From Candidatus Micrarchaeota archaeon (GTDB taxonomy: Archaea; Micrarchaeota; Micrarchaeia; Anstonellales; Bilamarchaeaceae), in NCBI GenBank assembly GCA_041694885.1, contig JBGFRX010000016.1, positions 86-64,085 on the forward strand: 64,000 nucleotides of DNA, written 5' to 3'. A model generated the notes under the pieces. It was not told where the DNA came from. It did no database searches and saw only the letters and a program-made list of their open reading frames with translations. A program made the position numbers and the translations under genes. Below are positions 8,630 through 19,327 of this stretch, piece after piece (the stretch's first letter is position 1; each line of letters begins with the position of its first letter).

Positions 8630-9370
8630 ATGGATTGCATGGGCATCGGCAAAATAATCAGCTATACATTCAGGGAATACAGGAGAAACCTGTGGTTCAT
8701 CCTTCTCTTCTCAGCCATGTTCATTATTTCCATGCTCGCGCTTTTCCTTGCGCCGGGTCCGACCTACGTTTCCTTAGGCGGAACCTACCTGAGAATAGGA
8801 AGCATTCCGGAGCTCACTGCAGTTGATATTGCGGTGATTGTGGCTGCTTACCTCCTTTCTCTGCTCATATTCGCGGATGCGATAACAAACATAAACATAA
8901 TAATAAAGGCGAACAGGACGCTCAGCAGGATTCCGAAAGAGATATTCGGGGGAATATTCAAATACGCGCTCAAGATATTCTTCGTTTACACAATAGCGAT
9001 GCTTTTCGTTTTTGCAGTGAACATCGCGACCTTCAACGATCCTTGGCACAACGTCATCTTTCCGCTCGTGTCGTTCCTTGTGTTCATGGCGATATTCTTC
9101 GTGCCCCCTGCAGTCATAATAGATGACATGGATACGTTTCGCGCAATAGCTGTTTCGATCAGGATGCTGGCGCAGAAATGGCGACTCGTGCTCTTCTGGG
9201 CAGTCGCAGGGCTTGCGGCAATCTCGATTATAGAATTCTTCTTGTTCCTGATAATCCCGCCCGCGATTGCGAAATACCTCGTGATAGCGCTCAATGGCCT
9301 CATTGTCATTCCGGTACTCACGATATTCCAGACGCAGGTGTACATGGAAAAGTACCCGCTTTCTCCTTAA
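8630..9370 (+). CDS. Hypothetical polytopic membrane protein
   Basis: 246 aa, six or more hydrophobic segments. Confidence 0.5.
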   Translation: MDCMGIGKIISYTFREYRRNLWFILLFSAMFIISMLALFLAPGPTYVSLGGTYLRIGSIPELTAVDIAVIVAAYLLSLLIFADAITNINIIIKANRTLSRIPKEIFGGIFKYALKIFFVYTIAMLFVFAVNIATFNDPWHNVIFPLVSFLVFMAIFFVPPAVIIDDMDTFRAIAVSIRMLAQKWRLVLFWAVAGLAAISIIEFFLFLIIPPAIAKYLVIALNGLIVIPVLTIFQTQVYMEKYPLSP

Positions 9371-9462
9371 TAGTGCTGGACTAACCATCTCCCTTTTTCA
9401 GAAGTTTTATAAAACAAATTACCGAATGGAAAACGACCAGTTTTCAAATTTCGCCCAGTGAT

Positions 9463-12400
9463 TTGATGATGCACATTTCGCGGATAAAGATGCGTGGTTT
9501 TAAGTCGTTTAAATTAGCCGACATAATTTTTCCCCGCGATTTCGTGTGCCTCGCAGGACCGAATGGAAGCGGCAAGAGCAACGTGTGCGACGCGATAAGA
9601 TTCGCTTTCGGAGAAATATCCCTCAAGGCACTGCGCGCGAAAAAAGTGAAGGAGCTGATTTCCCACAGTGCGAAGATGGCCGAGGTGAGCGTGTACCTCG
9701 AAGGTGAGAGCAAGCACGAGATAAGAAGGGTGATACGCGACGACGGCAAGATAATGTACAGACTGGACGGCGAAAGGACCACGCGCACTTCCATTCTGGA
9801 TTTGCTCAAGAAATTCAATATAGACGAAAGTGGAAGGAACACGATTGCGCAGGGCGAGGTTCAGCGCATAGTTACGATGGCTGCAAAGGACAGGAGGGGC
9901 ATAATAGACAGCGTTGCGGGAATTTCGGAATTCGAGGACAAGAAGGAGGAGGCGCTACGCGATCTGGAAGTGGTTGAGACGCGGCTGCGCGAAGCAGAGC
10001 TTATTTTGGGAGAAAAGCTTGGGATGCTCGAAGAGCTCGGGAAGGAGAAGGAGATCGCGCTCAAATACATCGAAAACAGGAAGCAGTTCGCGAACGCGAG
10101 GGGTTCGCTTGTGAAAAAGGAGATGGAAAAATTCGAAGGGGAACTGGAAAAGGCGGTGAACGACCTGCAGAAAATGAATAATTCTCTCAAGGCGAAGGGG
10201 ACGGAGCTCGCAGAACTTGAGGCAAAAATCAAGGCGCACGCGCAGGAGAAGGGCACATTTTTGGAAGAGATAGAGAAAAGGCAGCAACAGAGCGAGACCG
10301 CGAAGAAAATCGAGGCGCTCCGGCTCGCAATAGGAAAAGACAGCCAGGAATTGGAGGAGAAGAATGCATTCGCATCCAGACTCGAAGCGGACATCGCGGC
10401 TGCGAAGGAGGAGACGAAGAAGGAGGCGGAGGAGCTGAAGAAAACCACGGAAGAGCTTGGGAAAGTGGAGGAGGAGCTTGCGACGCTGAAGCCGCGCGCG
10501 CAGGAAGCGGAGAAAGCAACTGCACAATCGCGCCTTGGAAATGCGATCGTGGAGGGAAAGATGAAAATCGCCTCGATGCGCGAGGACTTCATACGCGTGG
10601 AAAGCGAAATATCCGCGTGCACTCAGCTTGCGCTTGAAAAGGAGTCATCGCTTGCAGTACCTGAAATGGACGATCCTGGGCAGGAGGAAAAATTAGCGAG
10701 CGAAACAGAAATACTGAAAAAAGAAGTGGAGATGGCAAAGGCAGGGCTCGAATTGCTTTTTGAGAGGGAGAAGGAGGCGAACGCAGAAATAGCGGATATG
10801 GACAGGCGCATACTCTCGCTCAGAGAGAAAATTGCCTCGCTCAGGGCGCAGAACCCGCGGCTCGCATCCAATGCAGTTATGGATTTCATAAGGAAGACAA
10901 CGGCAAGGGAAAGGAACGCAGGAGTGCACGGCGCGCTTATAGACCTCATAGCTTTCGATGCGAAATACGCGAACGCGATAGAGGCGGCAGCTGGCCCGCG
11001 CCTTCTCTATATAGTTGTTGACGATGCGGAAACCGCTACCTGGCTGATTGCGAAGATAAAGGAGAATGGTGCAGGAAGAGCTACGTTCATACCTTTGAAG
11101 GAGGTGAAGACAGGAAACGCAGCGAAGGGCGAAGGGCTTGGTCCTCTGCTCGATTATGTAAAATGCGATGCTGGGGTGGAGAAGGCGGCACAATACGCAC
11201 TCGGCGAAACGGTGCTCGTTTCTGACATGGCAGAGGCGAAGAAAATCGGGGTGGGAAAGCACAGAATGGTTACACTTGACGGAGAGATATTCGAGAAATC
11301 CGGGGTAATTACCGGGGGGAAAACGAGCACTGGAATAGCTGCAGCAGGCGCGCTTTCCAAACACGAGGCAGAAATCTCTGACCTAAAGGCAGCGCGGGAG
11401 TCGGTCTTCGCGGAAATAGCGGGCATACGCGAGCAGATGTCCATACTGCGCTCCCAGCGCGCGGAGAAGGAGGTGCGCGCGAAATCGCTTGTGATGGAGC
11501 TCGCTGCCCTTCGCGCAGAAGACGAAAAAGCGAAAAAGACGCAGGAAGAAGCAGCTAAAAAAACAGCTGAGATAGAGGCGCTCAAGGCACGGGCAAATGG
11601 CCTCGTTTCAAGAAAGGCGGAGCTGGAAAGCGCAATAGCCGCGCTCTCGGAAAAAATAGCGAAGGATGAAAAAGCGCTTTCAGCAGAGGAGGAGCAGGCA
11701 GCGAAGCAGAACAAGGAAGCGCGAAGGAAGCACACCGAAACGGTCGCGAAGATATCCGCTTTGGAGGTGAGGCGGGACGCGATTTTCAACGAGATAAAAT
11801 TGAGGAAGACGAATCACCACAAATCCGAAAGCAGGCACAAGCAGATGACTGCGGAAAAGTCCGCCTACATTTCCAAGGCGAGCGAAATAGAGCGGCGGCT
11901 CCTGAACCAGAAGGGCGGGCTGGAAAAATTGGAGGCAGAGCTTGCTTCCTCGAGCAGGGACCTCGAGGCGCTTTTCAGGAAGATGAAGGAGAGCGAGGAG
12001 AAAATAACCGCAATGGGAAAGGAGAAGGGCGCGATAGCGGCGGAAACCGAAAAGTATATGAAGGAGGCGAACAACCTGAACGTGAAAAAGGCGACTGCCG
12101 AAACGAAGCTTGCAGACCTAAAAGCGGAATTCGACTCATTCAGGGAATTCGAATTCCTTGACCTTTCCAAGGAGCGGCTTGTGGAAATCGCGAAAAGCGC
12201 TGATGCGTTTCTCGCAGCTAATCAGGCGGTGAACCTCGCGTCAGTGGAGCTCTACGAGAAGAAAAACGCGGAAATAGGAAATGTGAAGGAAAGGATGGAG
12301 AAGCTCAAAGCGGAAAAGGAAGCGGTAATGGGGATGATCACTGAGATAGATGCGAGAAAGAAAGAGACGTTCTTCAGCACCTTTTATGCGGTGAGCGACA

Positions 12401-12849
12401 ATTTCAGGAAGATGTTCAGATACATACTGCACGTTGGTGAGGGCTTCCTTTACCTCGACAAACCGAACGAGCCGTTCGAGAGCGGGCTCTATCTCAGGAT
12501 AAAGAGAGGCACGAAGGAGATGGGGTTGGAATCGCTTTCAGGGGGTGAGAACTCCCTTATCGCGCTCATGTTCATATTCGCGCTCCAGTTCGTGAAGCCG
12601 TCGCCTTATTACGTCTTAGACGAGGTTGATTCCTCGCTCGACAAGGAGAATAGCAAGAATCTCGCGAAACTCATAAAGGAGATGTCGAAAAACAGCCAGT
12701 TCATACTCGTGACGCATAACGACATGGTGATGAGGTTCGCAAGTGCGGTTTTCGGTGTGAGCAAGAGCGACGGGGTTTCAAGAATTGTAGGGGTGAAGTT
12801 TGAGGAAAAAATGGAAAACGCGCCCGCAGCTCCTGAAGTGCTCGTATAA
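9463..12849 (+). CDS. smc: Chromosome segregation protein SMC
   Basis: 1128 aa; N-terminal Walker A GPNGSGKSN, long coiled coils, hinge, C-terminal LSGGENSLIALMFIFAL...YVLDEVDSSLD signature/Walker B. Confidence 0.9.
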   Translation: MMMHISRIKMRGFKSFKLADIIFPRDFVCLAGPNGSGKSNVCDAIRFAFGEISLKALRAKKVKELISHSAKMAEVSVYLEGESKHEIRRVIRDDGKIMYRLDGERTTRTSILDLLKKFNIDESGRNTIAQGEVQRIVTMAAKDRRGIIDSVAGISEFEDKKEEALRDLEVVETRLREAELILGEKLGMLEELGKEKEIALKYIENRKQFANARGSLVKKEMEKFEGELEKAVNDLQKMNNSLKAKGTELAELEAKIKAHAQEKGTFLEEIEKRQQQSETAKKIEALRLAIGKDSQELEEKNAFASRLEADIAAAKEETKKEAEELKKTTEELGKVEEELATLKPRAQEAEKATAQSRLGNAIVEGKMKIASMREDFIRVESEISACTQLALEKESSLAVPEMDDPGQEEKLASETEILKKEVEMAKAGLELLFEREKEANAEIADMDRRILSLREKIASLRAQNPRLASNAVMDFIRKTTARERNAGVHGALIDLIAFDAKYANAIEAAAGPRLLYIVVDDAETATWLIAKIKENGAGRATFIPLKEVKTGNAAKGEGLGPLLDYVKCDAGVEKAAQYALGETVLVSDMAEAKKIGVGKHRMVTLDGEIFEKSGVITGGKTSTGIAAAGALSKHEAEISDLKAARESVFAEIAGIREQMSILRSQRAEKEVRAKSLVMELAALRAEDEKAKKTQEEAAKKTAEIEALKARANGLVSRKAELESAIAALSEKIAKDEKALSAEEEQAAKQNKEARRKHTETVAKISALEVRRDAIFNEIKLRKTNHHKSESRHKQMTAEKSAYISKASEIERRLLNQKGGLEKLEAELASSSRDLEALFRKMKESEEKITAMGKEKGAIAAETEKYMKEANNLNVKKATAETKLADLKAEFDSFREFEFLDLSKERLVEIAKSADAFLAANQAVNLASVELYEKKNAEIGNVKERMEKLKAEKEAVMGMITEIDARKKETFFSTFYAVSDNFRKMFRYILHVGEGFLYLDKPNEPFESGLYLRIKRGTKEMGLESLSGGENSLIALMFIFALQFVKPSPYYVLDEVDSSLDKENSKNLAKLIKEMSKNSQFILVTHNDMVMRFASAVFGVSKSDGVSRIVGVKFEEKMENAPAAPEVLV

Positions 12850-12863
12850 AAAATTCTTTAACA

Positions 12864-13964
12864 TTAAACGGCTTCCCGTGCGCTTATTATCGCGCTTATC
12901 GTGCCCTTTATCGCATATGCAGAGATTATAACGCGCACGCTATCGTTCTGTTTATAGGGCGTACTGCTTTCGAGCGCGAAAAACATGTCCTCTCCACCTG
13001 TGTTTATCTTCGCGTTGTACAAATACGTGTAATTTCTCGAAAAGTTCCCGAATTCCTGGGCCTCGATTTCCGCGTTTATCACAAGGAGCGAATCCGGGAA
13101 GACAGTCGTGTTCCCTAAGTCAGTCAGCACCTGCCCGGAATTGGTAAAATTCCCGACATAAATGGTGTTCTCTGCTACGAAAGCAACGTATGCGGGCCTC
13201 TCCTCAACAGAGTCGGAAATGTTCGCGAGTACAAAATCCTTTCGCACATAAGAAATATTTCCTTCACCATATTTCTGCGTAATGTTCGCGAGCCCTTCGC
13301 TTATTTCGTATCTTTTCTCCCAGGGAACATAAATGAATGTTTTGATCTGCGCAAGCGCAACCACGCTTGCGTTCGCCTCGATATCCAGTTGCGATGGAAG
13401 GACGCTCACTACTCCGTAAGCGACTATTTTCCTATCTAAGGCACGTACGAAAACGCGCACAGTTATGTTTTCCCCTTCCTCGAAAATCGGCTCCAATTTC
13501 GCGCTTATCTCCCCTCCGGAGATGTTCACGCTTGCATTTTCCGTATATATCTCCACTATGGGGGGCAGGGAAATGAGCGTGTTCGCCTTTCCGCTCACGT
13601 TTCTCGACTGGAGGTAGGAATATACTCCTGTAATATTGGAAGAATTTTTGAGCGTGATCACATATCCCGAGGCGCTTTGCATTACATCCTCGACATCCGC
13701 AAGCACCCTGAATTCCTCTGCAGCGGTCGCGTTGCGCAGCTCTGTGATTATGTAGGGCTGGTAACTCACTATGGTGGCGTTCGCAACTACGTCGCCTTCC
13801 AGATAGCCGGAACTCGCATTGTCGTTCGTCCTTATGCTGCCTCCGTCCTGCCTGCTCAAAAAACCCGCGGCAAAGCTAGACAATATGAATATGAGTATAA
13901 GCCCTATTGCGAATGCCTTGTACATATTTTCTTTTTTGAGTAAGTCGGAAATTTTCACTTCCAT
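12864..13964 (-). CDS. Membrane-anchored extracellular protein with about 17 N-glycosylation sequons (surface/S-layer-like candidate)
   Basis: N-terminal TM anchor MYKAFAIGLILIFILSSFAAGF, then 330 aa rich in N-x-S/T; no recognised catalytic motif. Confidence 0.5.
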   Translation of the reverse strand: MEVKISDLLKKENMYKAFAIGLILIFILSSFAAGFLSRQDGGSIRTNDNASSGYLEGDVVANATIVSYQPYIITELRNATAAEEFRVLADVEDVMQSASGYVITLKNSSNITGVYSYLQSRNVSGKANTLISLPPIVEIYTENASVNISGGEISAKLEPIFEEGENITVRVFVRALDRKIVAYGVVSVLPSQLDIEANASVVALAQIKTFIYVPWEKRYEISEGLANITQKYGEGNISYVRKDFVLANISDSVEERPAYVAFVAENTIYVGNFTNSGQVLTDLGNTTVFPDSLLVINAEIEAQEFGNFSRNYTYLYNAKINTGGEDMFFALESSTPYKQNDSVRVIISAYAIKGTISAIISAREAV

Positions 13965-14056
13965 TGCGCCCTACCTCTTTAAAAATTCATTAACTGAATG
14001 AAATAGAACAATATTCTTACTTAATACAATATATTTTAAAAAAGGAACTAAGGGGA

Positions 14057-14725
14057 ATGGATAGCATGGCAAAGAAAGGGGATTTCGTAAAAATCGAATA
14101 CACCGGCTATGATGAAAACGGAAATGTTTTCGACAGCACGCGGGGGGAGATAGCGAAGCAGCTTCACGGAAAGGAAGGCGCACTTCTCATAGTGCTCGGA
14201 GTGGATTACATGGTGAAGGGGCTCGAAGATGCGATAATTTCCATGAAAAAGGGTGAGGAAAAGGAGATAGCGCTTGCGCCAGAAAATGCGTTCGGCACAA
14301 GAGACAGACGGCGTTTGAAAATCTTCCCGATAAGCGAATTTTACAGGAACAAGCTCGACCCCAGCCCAGGCTCAGTTATCCAGATGGAGACGGAATACGG
14401 GGTGCTGAACGGGCTTGTGAAGAGTGTGAACAGCGGTCGCGTGCTAGTGGATTTCAATCATCCGCTCGCAGAGCAGAACGTGAAATACCGGCTCAAGCTC
14501 GCGGAGACGATAGAGGATGGAAACGGAAAAATGAGGGAGCTCATGAAAGATCTCAGCATCGAGGGCTCGTTTTTCCTGGAAGATGGTAAAGCAACCATAA
14601 CGATGAAAAAAGGGCAGCAGGAGGATGAGCTGAAGAAGACCCGGCTCACAATCGCGATCAAAAGCACAATTCCGGAAGTAAAGAATGTCGAATTCAGGTG
14701 GATTGAAAACACAAACGGGACGTAA
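14057..14725 (+). CDS. FKBP-type peptidyl-prolyl cis-trans isomerase (SlyD-like with IF insert)
   Basis: VKIEYTGYDENGNVFDST, LIVLGVDYMVKGLEDAIISMKKGEEK. Confidence 0.8.
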   Translation: MDSMAKKGDFVKIEYTGYDENGNVFDSTRGEIAKQLHGKEGALLIVLGVDYMVKGLEDAIISMKKGEEKEIALAPENAFGTRDRRRLKIFPISEFYRNKLDPSPGSVIQMETEYGVLNGLVKSVNSGRVLVDFNHPLAEQNVKYRLKLAETIEDGNGKMRELMKDLSIEGSFFLEDGKATITMKKGQQEDELKKTRLTIAIKSTIPEVKNVEFRWIENTNGT

Positions 14726-14728
14726 AGG

Positions 14729-15487
14729 ATGTGCGAACTCTGCGAAAAAACGAAAAACAACGCGCAATACAAAGCCCTTGTTTCCAAAATGCACATGGCA
14801 GATAGTGAACGGCTGGAAAATACCAAAAAAGCAGCTGCTTCTTTTTCCTCCATTCTTGCCTATTCAACCATGGAATACCCAATACGTCTCATCGAACCCA
14901 TGTTCGAGCTCAAGATTGCGTTCGCGACCCCGATGAATTATTTTCAGAATCTTTTCGTAAACGGGGAAAGGCAGCCGGCGAATTTCTCCCACGGCGCAAC
15001 ACGCTCCTTGTTTTTTTCCGGAAAGCGACTGGTTTTATTGAGCAAATCAGTGGCTGCGTACGAAGGCAGGGAGATTTTCTCCTCTTTTCTGCTCGCGCAT
15101 TTCGAACAGGGGGAATATTCCATGGATATAAACCCTGAAAACAGGATAGCAATCTCTGCAAATGCACAGAAGCCGGCGAAAAACCTTCTCGGTGGAAACG
15201 TGGAAAAAATAAACATCGAATTCAATTTCGTACAGGAGAGTTTGGGGGGAAAGCTGATAGGGAAGAACGAGGCGCTTGCGTCCACCCTTTTCGTGAACCA
15301 GTTCAAGCGCTCCGGAATGGATGCGCGCGCATGGTTAACTTCCACGGAATATATGTTCGATTATGTTTCGAGCGCAGCGCATTTCTCTCCCCATCCATAC
15401 ATGCTGCGGTTCTGCAAAGAGCTCGGATATGCCAACCAGCGGGATTTCCAGATGCATGCAGCGGACTATTTCAGGGCGCATGTTTGA
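14729..15487 (+). CDS. Hypothetical protein, 252 aa, immediately upstream of aguB-aguA
   Basis: No recognisable motif; same strand and tight spacing with the agmatine genes. Confidence 0.4.
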   Translation: MCELCEKTKNNAQYKALVSKMHMADSERLENTKKAAASFSSILAYSTMEYPIRLIEPMFELKIAFATPMNYFQNLFVNGERQPANFSHGATRSLFFSGKRLVLLSKSVAAYEGREIFSSFLLAHFEQGEYSMDINPENRIAISANAQKPAKNLLGGNVEKINIEFNFVQESLGGKLIGKNEALASTLFVNQFKRSGMDARAWLTSTEYMFDYVSSAAHFSPHPYMLRFCKELGYANQRDFQMHAADYFRAHV

Positions 15488-15526
15488 GGGCTTAATTATT
15501 TATACAAAGATTTCCAAATAATTTTT

Positions 15527-16435
15527 ATGACGTCTAAAATTAAGATAGGCATAATCCAGATGAGGATGCACGACGAACCGGAAAAGAACCTCTCGCACGC
15601 CCTTGATTTGATAGCAAAGGCGGCTAAAAAAGGCGCGCAGATTGTCTGCCTTCCAGAGCTCTTCACTGCAAAATATTTTGCGCAGGAAAAAAACAGGAAT
15701 GCAGCAGCCAAATATGCTGAGGAAATGCCCGGTAAAACGACTGCTGTGCTTTCTGCAGCTACACGTGAAAACCAGGTGGTGCTTGTGGCCGGCTCGGTAT
15801 ATGAAAAATCCCGGGGAAAGATGTACAATACTTCGGCTGTTTTTGACGAAAGGGGAAACATGCTCGGAACCTACCGCAAGGCGCACATCCCCCACGACGA
15901 GAATTATTGGGAAAAAGAGTATTTCGAGCCCGGGGACGGCGGATTCAGTGTTTTTGACACCGCTTACGGAAAAGTTGGCGTGCTGATTTGCTATGACCAG
16001 TGGTTTCCTGAGGCAGCGCGAATCGAGGCGCTCATGGGCGCTGAAATTATTTTCTATCCAACTGCGATAGGGAACGTGAAGGGAATTGAACGGGCTGAAG
16101 GGAGCTGGCAAAAGGCATGGGAGAACGTGATGCGCGGCCACGCAATAGCTAATGGAATTTTTGTATGCGCGGTGAACCGCGCCGGCCGCGAAGGCAAAAT
16201 AACGTTCTGGGGCGGCTCTTTCGTGTGCGATGCGTTCGGAAAGACGCTTGCGCGGGCTGGGAAAAAGGAGGAAGTACTTGTTGTGGAGGCGGACCTCGAC
16301 CTGGGCAGGCGGGTGAAGGGGGGCTGGCATTTCCTTGAGAACAGGAGGCCAGAAATTTATTCTGCCCTTACGGGAAAGGTTCCCGGTTCCCCGTTTCCAG
16401 TTCCGAAACTCAAAAAGGAAAACCAGAAACAATAG
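15527..16435 (+). CDS. aguB: N-carbamoylputrescine amidase (nitrilase/CN-hydrolase family)
   Basis: CN-hydrolase catalytic E-K-C context (LICYDQWFPE), adjacent to agmatine deiminase. Confidence 0.8.
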   Translation: MTSKIKIGIIQMRMHDEPEKNLSHALDLIAKAAKKGAQIVCLPELFTAKYFAQEKNRNAAAKYAEEMPGKTTAVLSAATRENQVVLVAGSVYEKSRGKMYNTSAVFDERGNMLGTYRKAHIPHDENYWEKEYFEPGDGGFSVFDTAYGKVGVLICYDQWFPEAARIEALMGAEIIFYPTAIGNVKGIERAEGSWQKAWENVMRGHAIANGIFVCAVNRAGREGKITFWGGSFVCDAFGKTLARAGKKEEVLVVEADLDLGRRVKGGWHFLENRRPEIYSALTGKVPGSPFPVPKLKKENQKQ

Positions 16436-16447
16436 TTTGGTGCATGC

Positions 16448-17503
16448 ATGGACAGGGAAACACCGCAGAAAGCCGGCTATTACATGCCTGCGGAATGGGC
16501 AACGCACGAAGGCACCTGGCTCGCATGGCCCACGAATCCGGAAACGTTTCCTTCGCGCATAATCGCAAATGTGGAACGCGCATATTGCCTCGTGATATCT
16601 GCGCTGAGCCGAGGGGAAAGGGCCAAGGTGCTCGTGAACGATGCGGCTGCGGAAGAAAGGGTGCGCAGACTGCTTGCAGGACATGATTGTAAGGAAAAAA
16701 ACGTTCTTTTTTACCGGATAAAAAGCGCGGACGTATGGATAAGGGATTACGGGCCCACGTTTCTGCTCAACAGGAAAACAGGCAAAAAGGCGACGGTGAA
16801 ATGGAAGTACAACGCTTACGGAGGCAAATATGAGGACCTGCTTTACGATGATATTACAGGAAGAAAAGTGGCTGAGGCGAGCAGAGTCATGATTTTTGAG
16901 CCGGGAATGGTGCTGGAAGGCGGCTCGATAGATGTGGACGGAAAAGGAATGCTTATCACAACTGAGCAGTGCCTGCTGAACACGAATCGGAATCCGTCCA
17001 TGGATAGGGCGCAGATAGAGGAATACTTGTGCGAATATACTGGCGTTTCCAGAATAATCTGGCTCAAATCAGGGATTGAAGGCGATGATACGGACGGCCA
17101 TGTGGACGATTTTGCGCGATTTGCTGCAAACGGAACGGTTTTATGCGCATCCGGAAGCGAGGCTGGTGAGAAAGACGATGCCGTGCTGAAAAGGAATTTC
17201 GAAATTCTGAAAAACGAAACAGATGCAGAAGGGACGGAATTGGAGGTCGTAAAGCTGCCAATGCCCAAGCCGCTTGTTGATAGAGCGGAGAACAGGCAGC
17301 TTCCAGCGAGCTATGCCAATTTCTACGTGGGCAACAAGGTCGTGCTGCTACCGGTATTCGGGGACGCAAATGATTCGGAGGCAATACGGATAATGGGAAA
17401 TTCTTTTCCTGGAAGAGATATAGTCCCAATAATGGCGCGTGAGCTCGTATTCGGCTATGGCGGGATACATTGTATTACTCAGCAAGAACCACAGTCGGAT
17501 TGA
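16448..17503 (+). CDS. aguA: Agmatine deiminase
   Basis: MPAEWATHEGTWLAWP N-terminus, GGGIHCITQQ C-terminus (PAD-like family). Confidence 0.9.
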   Translation: MDRETPQKAGYYMPAEWATHEGTWLAWPTNPETFPSRIIANVERAYCLVISALSRGERAKVLVNDAAAEERVRRLLAGHDCKEKNVLFYRIKSADVWIRDYGPTFLLNRKTGKKATVKWKYNAYGGKYEDLLYDDITGRKVAEASRVMIFEPGMVLEGGSIDVDGKGMLITTEQCLLNTNRNPSMDRAQIEEYLCEYTGVSRIIWLKSGIEGDDTDGHVDDFARFAANGTVLCASGSEAGEKDDAVLKRNFEILKNETDAEGTELEVVKLPMPKPLVDRAENRQLPASYANFYVGNKVVLLPVFGDANDSEAIRIMGNSFPGRDIVPIMARELVFGYGGIHCITQQEPQSD

Positions 17504-17560
17504 TTTTTTTGCAAATTCGGCGGGCAAAGTTTTTAAAACGAGCTGCAATTATTATCACCA

Positions 17561-18430
17561 ATGTCTCTAATGAAAAAATTTTCCGCCTTATTGCGACTCG
17601 TGCGCTTCGAGCACGCACTTATGTTTGGCCTTTCGGTCCTGATTGCTGAAATAATAGCAACCCAGGGGACGCTTTTCTTCAGCCCAGTGATAATTTTCTC
17701 GCTTCTTGTCCCAGTGTTCAGCGAGATGGGCGCGTTCGCCATGAACGACCTGCTGGACATAGAGACAGACCGGCTGAACAGGAAAACTGACAGGCCTTTG
17801 GTGAGCGGCGAGCTTTCCCAGCAGTTCGCGCTCTGGCTCACAGTGGTTTCGTTCCTGCTCGCGCTCATTTTCGCTTACTTGGTGAGCCCGCTCATTTTCG
17901 TGTTTGCGCTCGCCATGAACGCACTCGCGATGCTCTACAACATGGTTCTCAAGGACCTTCCGCTCCTCGGCAACATATACATCGCGTTCACGATGGCGAT
18001 ACCATTCATCTTCGGGAACTATGTAGTGAGCGAGACGCTCAACCCTGCAAACCTGCTCATCGCGCTCCTGGGCTTCATAGTCGGGCTTGGCAGGGAGATT
18101 GCAAAAAGCGTGGAGGATATGTATGGCGACAAGAAGGCGAGGCATGCGAAAACCCTTCCTGTGATGATCGGCTCGGAAAAATCGCTCACCCTCGCGGGCC
18201 TTCTGTACGCGCTTTTCGCAGTGGTTTCGATTGTTCCATATTATCTGTATTTGAATATAGGACCCGGCTTCGCACTCGTGCTCGCTGCAGACGGGATATT
18301 ACTCTATTCCTCGGTAGTGCTGATATTCTCGAGAAGGAAGGTTCCTTTCCTCAGGGTTTCCAGGAAAACGAGCCTGCTTGCGCTCCTGCTCGGGCTACTC
18401 GGGATATTGGCTTCTGTGCTGGGTTATTAG
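17561..18430 (+). CDS. UbiA-family prenyltransferase, probable digeranylgeranylglyceryl phosphate synthase (DGGGPS)
   Basis: NDLLDIETDRLNRKTDRPLVSG aspartate-rich motif, 8-9 TM helices, adjacent to GGGPS. Confidence 0.7.
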   Translation: MSLMKKFSALLRLVRFEHALMFGLSVLIAEIIATQGTLFFSPVIIFSLLVPVFSEMGAFAMNDLLDIETDRLNRKTDRPLVSGELSQQFALWLTVVSFLLALIFAYLVSPLIFVFALAMNALAMLYNMVLKDLPLLGNIYIAFTMAIPFIFGNYVVSETLNPANLLIALLGFIVGLGREIAKSVEDMYGDKKARHAKTLPVMIGSEKSLTLAGLLYALFAVVSIVPYYLYLNIGPGFALVLAADGILLYSSVVLIFSRRKVPFLRVSRKTSLLALLLGLLGILASVLGY

Positions 18431-18553
18431 AAAGCGGGTTTTATCCGATTGGCACGCGCTATCCTGCAATCCATATGTTATGCAAGCGTGGCTTGCACCG
18501 TGATTCCGGGAAGAGGGCGAACGTTTAAATTCCTTTTTTGCGAGGTCTTTTTC

Positions 18554-19321
18554 ATGAAAACCGGAAAAGTGGAAAAATACATCCACGACGAGCTTGAAAG
18601 GAAAAAAGGGCTGCTGTTCGCGGTAATAGACCCGATGGATTACAAGGACCTTGATGCCGCGGTGAAGACCGCGAAAGACGCGGACGAGGGCGACGCGGAT
18701 GTTGTGCTCGTTGGAGGAAGCACAGGCGTGCAGGGCGAGCTTCTCGATACGGTTACGAAGAGGATAAAGGAAAGTGTGAATGTCCCGGTGGTGCTTTTTC
18801 CGGGCAACATAGGCACTGTTACGAAATACGCGGACGCGGTTTATTTCATGTCTATGCTCAACTCGAAAAACACCTACTGGATTACTGGCGCGCAGATGCT
18901 CGCTGCACCTATGGTGAAGCAGTACGGAATCGAACCCCTTCCTGTTGGCTACATGGTTGTGGAGCCCGGAGGAACCGTGGGCTGGGTTGGCGAGGCGAAC
19001 CTGCTCCGGCGCGAGAGGCCGAAGCTTGCCGCGGCGATGGCATTGGCAGCGCAGTACATGGGATTCCGCATGGTGATTACAGATACAGGAAGCAACCCTG
19101 CGAATGGCCACGTTCCGCTCGGGATGGTCAAAACGGTTTCCTCTGTTTTGGATGTTCCTTACGTTGTTGCAGGAGGAATTCGAACTCCCGGGCAGGCGAA
19201 ATCCATATTGAAGGCAGGGGCTGACATAATACAGGTGGGCACCATATTTGAGAAGGGAGGTGGAGTTCAGAAAATCAAGGACTTCGTGAAGGCGGTGAGG
19301 AAAGGAGCTGGATTGAGGTAG
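18554..19321 (+). CDS. pcrB: Geranylgeranylglyceryl phosphate synthase (PcrB family)
   Basis: TIM-barrel PcrB/GGGPS family pattern (VLVGGSTG..., VVAGGIRT); start at internal ATG 18554, ORF track start 18449. Confidence 0.8.
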   Translation: MKTGKVEKYIHDELERKKGLLFAVIDPMDYKDLDAAVKTAKDADEGDADVVLVGGSTGVQGELLDTVTKRIKESVNVPVVLFPGNIGTVTKYADAVYFMSMLNSKNTYWITGAQMLAAPMVKQYGIEPLPVGYMVVEPGGTVGWVGEANLLRRERPKLAAAMALAAQYMGFRMVITDTGSNPANGHVPLGMVKTVSSVLDVPYVVAGGIRTPGQAKSILKAGADIIQVGTIFEKGGGVQKIKDFVKAVRKGAGLR

Positions 19322-19327
19322 TGGTTT

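Noticed and set aside
9861-10622. 253-aa S/A-rich ORF and other minus-strand ORFs inside 9463-12849
   Set aside because: Antisense to the SMC coiled-coil region (GAG/GAA-rich coding strand produces long open antisense frames); spurious
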